Shown piece by piece: positions 26,529-41,059 of a stretch of 64,000 nucleotides of DNA. The notes below the pieces were generated by a model. That model had not been told where the DNA came from. It saw only the letters and a program-made list of their open reading frames with translations, and made no database searches. A program made the position numbers and the translations under genes. The stretch comes from Lingula anatina (Eukaryota; Animalia; Brachiopoda): the NCBI GenBank assembly GCA_051362555.1, contig CM120640.1, positions 7,626,001 through 7,690,000 on the forward strand, read 5' to 3'. The number at the start of each line of letters is the position of its first letter. The first letter of the stretch is position 1.

Positions 26529-26633
26529 CTGAGACATAGAAAACTCGGTCAATATGGCATGTGTTTTAGCGAATATAAAAGAATTGTGTTTGACATGAAG
26601 TTCTGGGCTTACTGGAGACCGAGAGCGAGAGAG

Positions 26634-26669
<36 letters not shown>

Positions 26670-28054
26670 AAGTACTCACTGATCAGCGAGTGATCCGTCC
26701 GCCTGCAGGGGCGTAACCAGACATTTTAAAATTGTACGCACAGATTTTCAGATACAGCTACAGCTAAATGTAGCAACAGATGAAGGCCAGTTTAAATCAT
26801 AAGTACCAAATATCAAAGCTTAGTTTTCACCAGTAATAAAATCATCACTTTAAGTTAAAATATCCCCACGATATAATTAAATTACAGTATATTATTTCAC
26901 CAAGAACCAACGCTTTTCCAGTCCAGGATTGGGTACAGGACATCCAAAATTGCCATCTGTAATTTCCTTGAAAATTTCAGGAAATTGAATTTTCCAACTG
27001 CCGTGACCGGAGGGGGGGGGGGTAAATTAAATGAAAATATATTTAAAAAATTTCAAGGGGGGGGGGAGGTAAAATAATCGATAACAATCTCCCACCGACG
27101 CTCTCTCGCGAAAAAACTCTCATGAATGAATATGGAAATTTCCTTCTCGTCTCTCGCTCGGATCGGGAACAGTCTCCGGCTGACGATCTTCCGCGAACGA
27201 AGTCAGTTGTACGAAATATTCTATGGGCCAATGTAGACCCCCTCCTCTCCCCCCTTAGTGATTTTCATTCACTATCTTTCTCTGATACCTTAGGTCCTGA
27301 GCTTTTATTTTTTGCTTGTTTGCCATTAAACTGGTGGTGGGTGTGAATGTGCTACAGCCGTTGCAATGGTAACATCTGAGATTAAAAATTGAAATTTCTG
27401 AGACCAAACAATTATTAAACATTTCAAATGTATTAAGTAAATGGGATTCAAAATCATTTCGGATGGTATGTTTAAGATACTTCGATGTATATGCTCTATA
27501 CTTTACAATCCTCAAAATTTTCGAAGATGGCTGTAAATTCACGATGGCGGCCAATTTTAGCTAATTTTTGAGTAATTTTAATTATTTTTAATATTTAGGT
27601 TTTAATTCAATTATTAAGGAATAAGAATGTGGGATATGTTTTGATACACCAGAATAGTATACAGTCTTTACTTGCTACCTTCAGTGTTTGTTTTAGTTGC
27701 AAACTTTTTAATTTTGTTGTAAAATCCTGAAATCCAAAATGGAGCCAAAATACAAGTCTTTTACATTTTGCCGTCCCAACTGGAAAGATGCCAGATTTAT
27801 TATCAAAGTTACATTCTTTATTACTTTTAATAAACTGAATTCGAACTTGGGACTTTTCAAAACAATCTGCATTAATTTTGATTACATTAGGACTTTCAAA
27901 ATTTAAAATGGCCATCAATATTCTAATACACACTAGCTAAAATTGACATAATATATTCTTCCATCGGAATTTTTATTATCTCCAACCAACTTAGTCCCAT
28001 TAGTTAATTTTGTTTGCTATGATTTTCTGAAACCGAGTTTTTGTTACAATCTAA

Positions 28055-28788
28055 GATCGCATTCACAACGAGTTGAGCCATGGCTTTGAGAATCCTGGAA
28101 CTAAATACGGCGGACGTACATAAAAGAAAAACCGCCTAATCTTTTAATAGTCTCTCCGCCTCTCACACGCGTCCCCGCACGTCGTCCCTGCGGGGGTACA
28201 GTCATTAAATCTCGACTCCGTTCGCCATGCGGAAGCTACCTGAGAAATATTTAGTGCGCATGCTCATCAATTAAACTCGAGGTGAAGAAAGCATGATGGC
28301 TGGAGGCGATCGAAGGAAAACGGCTCTTCTGTTCTATTATCTTTCAAAACAGAGACGAAAAAGAAATGAATTGGCCCGAAAAGTAGCAATGAATTGGCTT
28401 CCCACGGAGATATTCACGGAGATTCCCAGCCCCAGTAGACGGAGGAGGAGGAGGAGGGCAGAATTTTTGCGTCAGATAGGGCAGTCCGTTCTGATAGCTG
28501 ATGTCTTTGTTGTTTCGTTGGGTGCGTTCTTTCAACTGAAGAAGGGGAACTAGCTAATTAGCTGACCCAAGACCAATGAGCATGCGCACTTAATATTTCT
28601 CAGGTATATTCCGCATGGCGAACGAAGCCGAGATTTAAAGACTGTACCCCCGCAGGGACGACGTGTGGGGAGGCGTGTGAGAGGCGGAGAGACTATTAAA
28701 AGATTAGGCGGTTTTTCTTTCATGTACGTCCGCCATATTTAGTTCCCGGATTTGTAAAGCCATGGCTCAACTCGTTGTGAATGCGATC
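28055..28788. mobile_element. PIF/Harbinger-type non-autonomous element with ~210-bp TIRs
   Basis: 28055-28267 is inverted at 28576-28788; TSD TAA on both sides; a fragment of the same TIR lies at ~770-860. Confidence 0.9.
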
Positions 28789-31244
28789 TAAGATGGTGTT
28801 CATCTATATAAATAGATGGAATAAAACATTTAGATGTATATGCCACAACTCAGCTTCAAACTGCTAGAGAAGTAAAATAAGGCAGGTTTCTTTTATTAAG
28901 TTTTTTCTCAAACAATTCTTATTGTCAGAGGTCGGAGGGGGGAAGAATAAAAAAATTTTTCAAAATAATGACTTTTTGGTCACTCATTTTCAAAACTACA
29001 CTAGACAATGGTAAATATTTGTTTCAACACAGTAAAGCAATTTTTGGATAAAAACAGCAATTCCTTTTCAATGGTTTATTTTTCTTAATGAATGTCAATT
29101 CTACGAATCATTTTTTTGTAAATTACAGTTTGCCTATCTATGCACTCATGATGGCAGTGCACAAAACAGTTTTTTGTCAATCTTAAAGTCATAATAACTC
29201 TTCGTTTTGGCCAAAAATTGGATTTTCCTGGAGTAAACGGCAATTTTCCCGTACTCACCAATGGTCAGCGACCCCATTCCTTCATTCAAAGTTAATCCGG
29301 GTTTTTTTTCCTAAACGTACGGTTTTTTTGTTAAAATCTCTTAAGTGATTTTTAACTGACGGAGCCCTCTCTAACATAGCATATCGAGCGGGGTTTTCTG
29401 ATGACCTACTTAAAACCGCAGGAAAAGCAGACAACAACAACACTTTATTGCAATAAAATAAGATTCATACCATATAATCGTCTTAATTGCTCATATTCAC
29501 AACGTGTGCAGTTCTGGGCTTTTCGTTATCCGACACACTGTACAAAAACTCGCAACTTACGTCTGAGGATTGTGTCATGCGCCTGTGTTATTTTGGTCTC
29601 GACTGCACGCGAGAATCCGCGTGATGCGCCAAAATCCTTGGCAACGAATGCCTTGATGACCGGGAAAAAAGGCATCGAAAGCCCTATTGACAAGCACAGT
29701 TTTTAGTTTTTCTACAATAACAGCCGTTTTAGTGGTGAAATGCAATATAATATATTTCCGTGTGTTGTTTAGAATGTATTTCTTGCGGAATTTTGAATCT
29801 CAAAGCAGGGAATTATACCTGCTCAAAGGAAGAGTTATTATTGCTTAAATGCAATACTAAGTATGATTTAATGATTAAGTGGAAATCATCACCAAATTTA
29901 AATTATGTACTTCATGTAACATGGCCATCGTGAAAGAATATGGCATCATGCCCATGGGAGTTCCAAGTCCCACACATGAAAATACATGTGAAAAATGAAC
30001 ATTTCCTAAAAACAGCATTACTTCCATAAAAAGAATCCAATCAGGCTATATTTCAGACCTTTGAATCTTTCAGTAAGTTTGAGAATCATCTTGTTAAATC
30101 GCCTTCCTTAATTGTCACTATGGCAGCTGCACTAAGCTAGCAAGTCTCTCTCTGCATATTGGCTTTTATACCATAGTTCCTCTGTCAGTGTCTCTGCTAT
30201 GCGTTTTTCAAGATCTTTGGCCTGTGCAGTCGGAAAACCAACATTGAAGCCTTCCACTACTTGCGAAATGGAATTATACATTGTCTGCCTTGCATTACTT
30301 GGAGATTCACTGAAAAAAATTATATCAGATAAGTTAACTGTGCCTTCTGTTAGCTGCATAGGAATTGTACAATTCAAAAGACAGAAAACGACTGCTTAGA
30401 GTGATTGTTGAAAAAAAAAACAGCAAGGGTAATATGGCCTGTTATGGACCTGTGGTCTAAATTTTTCATTTAATCTAAATGGCAGCAAAAACTTAACTTA
30501 TTTAATAGAAAAAGTTCTTTAAAAATAATGATAAAACTGAACTGTCAGGTCACAGGTCCATAGCCAAGGAGTTCTGAACGATTTGAACGAACCACCCTTT
30601 TTATCAGGAAAAGGTCTGCTCGGGGTCAAAATTGATCTAGGTGCATGAAGGTTTTATGGCAAATGGCCCACTTTTTTTAGAAAAAGACCCCTCTTTTGAA
30701 ATTGCTGACTACGGGCCTTGTAACCTTAATATCTACATACGCATTAAAAACTTGGTGGAAAACTGAACGATGAATTCATGTTGACAGGCGCATTATCCAA
30801 AGCAAATGATAGTTAACAGCTATTACCTGGCTTAAATTAATAAAAAAAATGTCAAAGACACATTGCTTCAGTATAGAAACCTCTGCTGTTGTAAGCGAGC
30901 AATTAGCATTTAACATACGTTTTTGTGAAAGTGCAAAATAGGACATTAATTTATCAACATGTCAAATGCTTAAAATATATTCACCTTAAAATACTATGAC
31001 ACTCTAGACTGATAAAACGAAATAAATACTCACATTATTTCTGGAGAATTTCAGGAGTACGCGAGTGCTGCATTAAAACATCCAATGCGCTGTTTTTGGA
31101 TGCTCTCGGAGACTTAAGTTGAGCCTGCCTCTTTTGGTGTTTACTGCCAACTGTTCTCTGAATGTACTTAATGTCAATATCTACTACGGTAGTGACAGAC
31201 ATTCTTACATTCGGTTAATAACCTATTTTTTCTCCTGGGGCTGC

Positions 31245-31839
31245 CACCCTGAGCTTCAGAGATAACTTGACACTAACCTCTTCACTATAGCCTATCTTCA
31301 TCGTGTCAAGTTACCTCTGACGAAAATAGTTTGACCTAGTTTATATAAGCCAATCGAATCCATGTTTCAAAATTTTTCACCAAAGTTTGGTGAAAACGCT
31401 GATTGGTTGACCGTCAATCGGCAATCCTCGGCTGATTCCGCAAGCTCCATACTAACAACATAGTTATTGTCGAGTGCGGAGACATCCGAGTGCATAACCG
31501 TACACAAAGAAAGCATGGAGTATATCGGAATTGAAACCAGAGCAGTTTGATGCCCTGCATAATTATCTACTGAGGGATGATGTATTTTGCGTGCTGCCCA
31601 CAGGTTACGGCAAGTCCCTGATATTCAGCCTTATCTTTGATTGGTCCGGATTTGAACAAAGCGCGCTTTGACTCGTTCGCGTTCATTGGCTAGATCGTTC
31701 AATGAGTCATTGAGTGCGGGCTTTAAATTTGATTGGCGGGCGGCGGAGGCAATCGAATGTGGTCAGAGGTAACTTGACACGATGAAGATAGGCTAATAGT
31801 GAAGAGGTTAGTGTCAAGTTATCTCTGAAGCTCAGGGTG
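31245..31839 (+). mobile_element. Non-autonomous DNA element carrying a RecQ-helicase fragment (AcademH-like)
   Basis: ~77-bp TIRs, 8-bp TSD ggggctgc (31237-31244 and 31840-31847), inner TAG..CTA termini; 31522-31630 encodes ISELKPEQFDALHNYLLRDDVFCVLPTGYGKSLIF. Confidence 0.78.
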
Positions 31840-34800
31840 GGGGCTGCTGGCTCCCCGTTGAAATCTTCCACACGTGTCTAGTGTTGCAATTGATATTTTC
31901 ATTTCAGACAGTAAGCAGACAATAAAATTGCCTAAAACGTCTTTAACACTGGCCGGACAGACTTTTTTGCATAATATCTTTGGTCCTTCCTTCACTATAA
32001 CACTGAGCCACACGACAGTGGTCAAATTCCTGCTTAAGTAAACTTCTTCTGCCATTGTTGCATTAATTTCATCGAAGCACTGATTGGCTTAAAAACCGGT
32101 AGCTGATGGAAATGAAGCAATCGTTTACTTTGGCTTAAATACCCTTCGTTTTGATCTTGTAGGCAGTCATGTAACGCGGGAGTACCGTGAAACTTGTGAG
32201 GTTTCGTGTTTCCGATCGAACAGTATGATTAGTCGGACGTCGGTGAAATAATTTGGGCCATTTTGAGGTCGGTGGAGCTTGAGAAACAAGTTATTAAAAA
32301 AAAAACTGCCCTTTAATCTCATTTTGGAAAAAATCAATATATCCACAAACTTCAATTGAATATACCATGTACTTTTTTATAATACTTAACTTAAAATATA
32401 ATTGTATAGAAATGCAAAATCACCATCAATATTTGCAAACTAGTTGCTTTTCACTCAAAACCAGACTATTTTAAGTAAAGACTAAATATCTTATGGATAT
32501 CAAAATTCTTAACATTTCTCGATCCCAATGTCATTTTGTTAAATTTTCAACATTAGTTACTAACAGTAGAAACAGGTTTAGAAATCACCTTAAATTGGCC
32601 GCCATTTTGATATTGCTAACATCTAGAAATAATAACACCATCTTGGATGTTCAAAGAAATTTTTGCCATCATACCACAAATATAAATGTCTTCATATTTT
32701 AGATCAGTTTACATTATTGTTGAAGTTAATATATTTGAAATGTATGAAATTTTCTTGGTCTTAGAAATTTCTAACCCCTGTGTTAGTATGGCAATGGCTG
32801 GGTCAGTCACCCCCACCACCAGTTTAATAGAAAACAAGCAGAAAATGAGATCTTAGGATGTAAGCTATATATAACAGTTAATATATTCGGGGAGGGGGGT
32901 AAGTTTCAGCTCAATAAAATCAATTCCCGCATAGAGAGACCATTCCCACATATATTCGGATCGATCTATCTCCCTGGGGAGTCTCACTAAACTGCTGTCA
33001 ACTTGACCGGCTTAAACGTCTGTCACTAGTAAAGCTGTCGGGGGGTAATTATCTTTACACCCAGTTGATTCGGTAGGCGTGACAGACATTTAAGCATCCT
33101 GAGCTGAGAGCAATTAAGCCTGAACCCCCAGGGAGTTAGGTCGATCCAGATGGATCGATTTAAGTTTGAGAACCCAGTCTAAGTAACATTCTTTTGGAAT
33201 ATGAATTTCTATTAATCTTCTAGCCAGAGTGTATCATATTGTTCAATATTTTATGTGTAACAAACACTATAGTTTCTGTAACAAACACTTTAGGCAGAGA
33301 GTAAAGATTTCATGCTACACTGGTACATCAATATATCTCAGATATTGCAATTCTTTGATAATTTAATAAATATTAAAATACAAAAAAAAATTATCAAAAT
33401 TTCTTTAATAAAAAAAGCAAAATTTTTCTGCCATCTTTAATTTGCCGCCATCTTGGTCGATTTTGTTAATCGTTAAGTATAGTGCACTTCTTAGACTACA
33501 TGTTGGGATGATTTTGAATTCTATTTAGTAAATGTATTTGAAATGTTTGAGATTTTGTTGGTCTTAGAAATTTCAATATTTAACCCGTGTGTTACCATGG
33601 CAACGGCTGTTGCACACACACCCACCACCAGTTTTATGGCAAACAAGCAGAAAATGAAAGCTAAGGACCTAAGCTATCTAAGCTACCTAAACATAGTGAA
33701 CGAAAATCACTAAGGGGGGGAGGTTTCGGTATTTGGCCCATGGACTAAAAATGAAAATTGCCTCCCGATTTGCTCGGATCGCGATCGAGCTCCTGCTGAA
33801 CATACGAAAATTGCCCTCTCGTATCGCTGCCTGGGGTCGGTAACTATATCTTGCTCCCGATCTTCGGCTAACGAAGTCACTTGAACAAATGTGAAAATTG
33901 CCTTCTCGTCTCTTTCGGATTGAGAACAATATATATCACTGAAGATATTAAAATTGACTTCTTGTCTATCAGGTTAGCCAAGTGCGGTACGTTTGTACGT
34001 TCCCTGAGTGTCAGAACAACGTAAAAGCTAGCTTGTTAAATATACCTTGTGATTGAGTCGCTTTTACTAAACTCTGTCGAACACTGACAATCTGAGGACG
34101 TTCTTGGCATCCGCCCCCCTTCTAATAATTCTGGATTCGCCACTGCCGTGGTCAGCTTTAGATGAATCTTGTAAAAGTTGTACTTATATCTGGTATCATC
34201 CAAAATCAACCAATGCGTCTTGCACACCACGCGTCTCTCTCTCTTGCTATCTCCGTGCGAGGGGAGCAAGTTACGCTTGCGGCCTCGCTGTTCGCAGGCT
34301 ATTCGTAGAATCTTTTGGACATGTCCAACATCCTCCGTACGTGCTTACGGACTGTCTGCGAACTCGAGATTGCGTAAGAAGGCCTTGCGTGGGACGTGAG
34401 ATTCTGCGCAAAATTTGGACGCAAACAGCCCGTAAGAGCCCGTACGGCCGATTGTGACCGAGGATTTAGATGCCCTCAAGGCAAAGGCTACCTGAGAGTT
34501 GAAGGGCACTTAGATACATAGATAGATAGATATATTTTTATGTTACCATCTCCGAGCAGAATACAATATTTAACAGAACATACAAAACCAAAAATACATC
34601 ACTTATACAATTAATTATCCGACCTTTCCGTCGTTTGGGGGGGGGGGATATATTTTTTATATCGTTGTTACTGGTATCCTCTATCCATTTAGGTGAGGAG
34701 CATGAGACGTTGGGGATATTTAAACTTGCCATTAGGGATGTTCACGTGTCCTTCGGATTTTTGGTGACTTTGGTGACCTAGGGGTGGTTGATTATTATCT

Positions 34801-34874
34801 TTAAATTGTATTTTCTGCTATATACCCATAGGTCTTTAGGTTGAGGAAACTATAATGTCGGGGTGTGCATAGGC

Positions 34875-34907
<33 letters not shown>

Positions 34908-37595
34908 TGACCTGGGGTGTGGCTGTCCCTGGGGATGGTACACATATATATTACCGCAATTTATTTCCCCCTAGACCATTCGAATAAGAAACATGAGTCT
35001 TTGGTGCATGGGTGGGCTACATTAGTGTGACTTGGGGTGTGGCCGTCCCTAGGGGGTGGAGTGATTAGTGGTTTGTCAGGCAATGAAGCTGATTCCATAG
35101 ATTGCACTTAAGATTCCTTGCAGAGTTGGACCGACCCAGCTAGCACTACATTCTATGTGTGAATCTGATGGCGGTCTTCGAGTTAGGAAGGAAGGGGAAA
35201 TGTAGAGAAAGCAGCAGACAGTACTAAATAACAGACCTTCAGTCGTATTCTTGAATATAGGTCAAGTTAATTAAAACCCATTCAAGACCCCATACTCTCA
35301 GGAATCCTACATGTAGGGTCCAAGTCCCATTGTTCTTTAACATAAAACACACATGTTAATTACTGCTCTTGGGAAATAAACATTTTTGTTTTGTGTTAAG
35401 ACACAACAGCAGTTAAACGCTAGGATTCCTGATCGAGTGTGTGGGGCCTTGAATTAGTTTTTAATTGGATTCCCTGACCTATATTTATGCATATGGCTGG
35501 AAGTCCATTTAGTTCTGTATGTGCTTCTGCTGTTCTCTACATTTCTCAAGGACCCATGCACATTCATTAAAATGACTGGTTCATCAATCTCAGTTTCATG
35601 TTCCTTATTAAGGGTATAGATGGCAGAAATAAAGTTGTGAAAAATAGAATCAACCACCCCCCGGGATAGCCACACCTGAAATATCATACTAACATTCCCG
35701 GAAACCTATGCATATCCTCAATGGTAAGCTTATCAGCCCGGAAGGTTTCATGTTCCCAACTGTAATGGCGTAAGGGTAGAAGCACGAATAACGATGTAAA
35801 ATTTAAAATCAACCTCCCCAGGGGCGGCCACACCCAATGTCACAAAAATCCAGAAAGACCCATACACATCCCCAAAGACAGATTTTTCAATCCCCATAGC
35901 CTTACGTTCCAAGCTTTATTGGTCTAAGGATACAGGGTAGATATAGCAGGAATAACAATGTCAATTAGACTCAACCGCCCCCAGGACCCCCCCCCCCAAA
36001 AAAAAAAAAAAAAAAAAAAAAAAATCCGAAGTGCCCTTCCACATTCAAAATAGTATGTAGCCACGTTTCATGTTCCTAGCATAAAATACGATGTAAAAAT
36101 TAGAATAGACCACCCCCAGGGTCGACCACACCCCAAGTCACAATTGAATTCCGAAGAGCCTTTGCAAATCCCTATAATGATAGGTTTATTAATCCCCAAC
36201 GTATCAAGTTCCTAACTATGATGGTTTAGGAAGTAACAATGTTAAATAGATTATGCATGTATATAATAAATTGTCCACCACAGGGAAAGCTTGACCAATG
36301 TAAGCGTACCTAGCCGAGACAACCCCGTCCCCATTCCAATTCTACCTCTATAGAAATTCATACTAGCTATTTATTGACTAAGAAAAAAATTCTGGTTGCA
36401 AAATGCGTTCCGGTTGAAAAATTCGTTTTCACGATTTTCTTTGGTTGCAAAATGCGTTGCAGTTGCAAAATGCGGCTCTACACCAGTTTTATGAATCCCC
36501 AGCATTTCATTCTCCCCAACATCTATCTGGACAGTTGACTGTTTCAAATGATTCAGATTTCAGACTTTCCGACCTAAGCGTTTTCATTAAGTATATAAGC
36601 CAGGAGGTCAATCTTTTTAAACGACCGAGATATTTTCGAAACATTTATGTTGCATATCAATAGAAAAGCCTATTTTACAGCTTGTTATTGCAAGTCATAA
36701 CATTTATGTCATAGTTACAAAAGAGATACTTCTATAACACGAATAATGGAATAGACGGTTTGTTAAAGATATTAATGTACACTTAGTGTGGAGCAAAATT
36801 AAAACCTCTCTGCCTAATAGAGTTCTCTACCTACAGTGGAAAGACATACATTCTTGCTACTGTGTACTAGCCACATCTATAAACCTGGGCCGTCAATCAA
36901 ACCACACATGGTCAATTTTATGCCCTAGTTTAAAGGCAGGCAATGCGTTTATTTATACACTTCGTTTGTCTTATACATCTAGTGCCTTAGACCCATCATG
37001 ATTCAACGTCCAAATATTGTCAGTTTTTAATCGTCCTGAAATCTGAAAAATCTCAAAACTAAATGGGTAAAACAAACAAGGCAGCAAAGCTGTCAAATGT
37101 ACAGACAAAAACCAGAAAATAAAAACGCAGGAAATAGGATACTGACAATTCTGATGAACTAATGTATTATGCTTACTGTAACTGCATAGCCAACATCAAA
37201 TTCTTATTTTGCATAACATTGGATTAGGATGAAAGTAAAATGTGTATCAAGCATTAGACTAAGTTCCCATACCTAGATCAATCTAACAGGATCAATCCAA
37301 CTCCAAGGGGTTTCTCACTAAATTGCTTTCAGTTTGAGAGTCTCAGGATTCTGGCATGCCAGTTTCAGTAGGCGTGACAGACAACTAAGCCACTTACATT
37401 GATTGCAATTTAGCGAGAATTCCCATGGAGATAGATCGATCCACAGTTAGCGTGATAGGGTCTGGAAATAGTCCCTAAGGTGTCAGGCTGATAAGAGTTA
37501 AACTTTGGAAATGCCAGAATGAGGTACAGTGAAAATTACACACAAAAAAAATTGCTTAAACTCATTAAAAAAAAATATATATATATATATTATTA

Positions 37596-37647
<52 letters not shown>

Positions 37648-39000
37648 ATGTTAATCCTAAGAATCATTCTTGTAACTTAACAAAATACAGAAAATGTTAC
37701 AAAGTAAGAGTACAGGGCTCCTGGCATATGGGAGTGATAAGTCACAACTTGAAAATGCCAGTATAGCACTCTATAAACCTGCATTGCTTCCAAAACAGAA
37801 AACAATCACACTGGTTTTCAAACACAAGCTGCACTTCTGTCTTATGAAACTTCCAGTAAGTTTCAGTATCGTAAGTAACATGGTTTTCCCTTAATCGCTA
37901 TCCTGGCAGCAGTGTCCAAAATAGGGTTTTCTTCAACTTTCATGCAATAAAACTTAATACTTAACAGCATAATGACCATCAAATTTTTTATAAAAAAATA
38001 AAAGTATCATGAATATTCAGAAAATGTGATTTGGGAAGGTCTTCAAGGCCATGGAAGTTTAGAGTCACACTTTCAAAATGCCAAAATGTAAACAAGAGGT
38101 AACTGTACTGAAATGATTTTCTTTCCATTTCAACGCCTTTTTTAAAACAAAATGATCAATAAACTGTCATTTTTAAATGTTCAACTAGGAAAATTGTTGA
38201 CATAGGAAAAATATCAATAGAACAATTTTCAATGTCCAATTTGCTCCATTTGCAGATGCTGAACATAGTGAATGATTAAATCTGACAAACTGCAATGATG
38301 AGTTCCTTTCCACTTATGATACTTTATTACACAATGCACAATATTATAACAGGTTTACCGTCATTTTTATATAATCAACTAACAATATTGTTAAGAAGCA
38401 GAAAATGTCAAAACAACACTTTTACATATCTTATTAGTTCCATAATGAGACTGTTAACATGCCTAAGAATTAAATCTGAAGAAATAACAATTATATACAA
38501 AAATACAGAAAATGCACAGCACTTCTGGTGGATGGGAGTAAAAAATCACATCTTGAAGATACTAGTGTTTAAAAAATAATTTAAAAAAAAATTTAAATAA
38601 AACGTAAAAAATTCCAATAAAGCTGCTATTCAAACTTTTAATCTAGCTGTATTAACTTGATATTAATAACCCCACCAAGTTTGAGAAAAATAAAGCACTG
38701 TTATTCATCTATAGCATGTTGGCATAACACATTCTTTTTGTTGTAAATTTATTTGCAATGTTAAACACTATTTATCTGCACAATTATCACCAAATCCTAA
38801 TTTTGTGACACAGTTAAGAGAGCTAAACCTATGGGACTTTACAGGGAAATCTCAAGGAGTCTTTTATGTAATCTCATTTAATGGCCAATTGAAAATTAAT
38901 GAGTAGGCAAGTGACTTTATAGACCTTAATTTAATTAGTGATCACCCAAGGGACAATTTTATAGACTGACATCCATACAGTACCATCATATAGCACAAAG

Positions 39001-40139
39001 GTGTTGCATACATGCTGAAAAAAGTGAAAAAACAGCATTACTTCCCTAAAAATGACCCAATCATGCTGATTTTCAAACTTGACCTGCGTATTATGAATAT
39101 TCATTAGTTCTGTAAGTTTCAAACCAAAAGGTAAAATGGTTTTCCACTTATCATGTTATCAGTGTTGCATATATGCTGAAAAAAGTGAAAAACAGCATAA
39201 CTTCCCTAAAAATGACCCGATCATACTGATTTTCAAACTTGACCTGCGTATTATGAATATTCATCAGTTCTGTAAGTTTGAAACCAAAAGGTAAAATGGT
39301 TTTCCACTTATCGTGTTATCGGTGCTGCATATATGCTGAAAAAAGTGAAAAAACAGCATAACTACCCTAAAAATAACCCGATCATGCTGATTTTCGAACT
39401 TGACCTGCGTAATATGAATATTCATTAGTTCTGCAAGTTTCAAGCCAAAAGGTAAAATGATTTTTCACTTATCATGTTATCAGTGTTGCATATATGGTGA
39501 AAAAAGTGAAAAAACAGCATAAATTCCCTATAAGTGACCCAATCATGCTGATTTTCGAACTTGACCTGCGTATTATGAATATTCATCAGTTTTGTAAGTT
39601 TCAAGCCAAAAGGTAAAATGGTTTTCCACTTATCGTGTTATCGGTGCTGCATATATGCTGAAAAAAGTGAAAAAACAGCATAAATTCCCTATTAGTGACC
39701 CGATCATGCTGATTTTCGAACTTGACCTGCGTATTACGAATATTCATCAGTTCTGTAAGTTTCAAGCCAAAAGGTAAAATGGTTTTCCATTTATGGTGTT
39801 ATCAGTGCTGCATATATGCTGAAAAAAGAGAAAAAAATAGCCTAAATTCACTCAAAATGACCCAATCACACTGATTTTCGAACTTGACCTGCGTATTATG
39901 AATTTTCATCAGTTCTGTAAGTTTCAAGCTAAAAGGTAAAATTGTTTTCCACTTATCGTGTTATCGGTGCTGCATATATGCTGAAAAAAGTGAAAAAACA
40001 GCATAAATTCCCTATTAGTGACCCGATCATGCTGATTTTCGAACTTGACCTGCGTATTACAAATATTCATCAGTTCTGTAAGTTTCAAGCCAAAAGAAAA
40101 AACAGTTTTCCACTTATCGTGTTATCGGTAAAAGTGCAC

Positions 40140-40174
<35 letters not shown>

Positions 40175-40210
40175 CAGACGCAGATGACGGCTATATGTAC
40201 AGACACATCT
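39001..40210 (+). repeat. Tandem array of ~161-bp units (7 copies) ending in a (GACGGC)n tract and palindrome; Helentron/HINE-like
   Basis: Units start at ~39001, 39162, 39322, 39483, 39644, 39805 and 39967; then ggcgac repeats, hairpin atgtacagacacatctgtgtctgtacat and an A-run. Confidence 0.85.
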
Positions 40211-41059
40211 GTGTCTGTACATAAAAAAAAAATACCAAACAGACTGCATTGCCTACTGAAGCTGTATTTTAGTCCCATGTTTCTTTCCTGTAAGTTTGAG
40301 AACAGTAAGTGACATGATTTTCCTTAAATGGTCATCATGGAAGCAGTGTCCAAAATAGGGGTTTCTTCAAATTTTGATGCAATATTACATAATGTTTAAC
40401 AGCTTAATGACCATCAATTTTTAATTATAAAATATTTGTATCACAGATATTCAGAAAATGCGACGAGCAAAGGTCTTCAGGCCCATGGAACTTCAAAGTC
40501 ACACCTTGAAAATGCCAAAATGTAAACAAGACAGCACTGTTCTGAAATGGGTTTATTTCCATTTTTAACACTTTTTTAACATAAAACAAAATAAACATTT
40601 TACTGCCATTTTTATATGACCAACTAAGAAAATTGATGAGATGGGAAAAGTATCAATAGAACAGTGTTAAATATCCAATTTCCTCCATTCTGAGATTCTG
40701 AACATAGTGGATGATTGAATCTGACAAACTGCAATGATGTGAGTTTATTTCCATTTTTGACACTTTATTACACAATACATGATAACAAGTTTACCATGTT
40801 TTTTACATAATCAACTAACAATGTTGTAAAGATGCAGGAAATATCAAACAAACACTTTTAGGCATCTTATTAGTTAAATAATGAGACTGTTAACATGCCT
40901 AATAATTGAATCTGAGGAAATGTGAAAAAACAGTATAACTTCTAAAATAATGGCCTGATTATGCTGATTTTCGAACTCTACCTGCGTTTTAGTAAGATTG
41001 ACCACTCCTGTGAGTATAATTACAATTGGCCAATCCGTTTTTCTTATATTGTGTTATCA

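Larger units (their letters stand above)
27225..33739. mobile_element. ~6.5-kb decayed element with ~350-bp imperfect TIRs (superfamily uncertain)
   Basis: 27225-27560 (gggccaa..ccccccttagtgattttc..cttgtttgcca..aactggtggtgggtgtg) is inverted at ~33430-33739. Both flanks are consecutive pieces of the 17440-18120 repeat family. No clean TSD. Confidence 0.6.
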
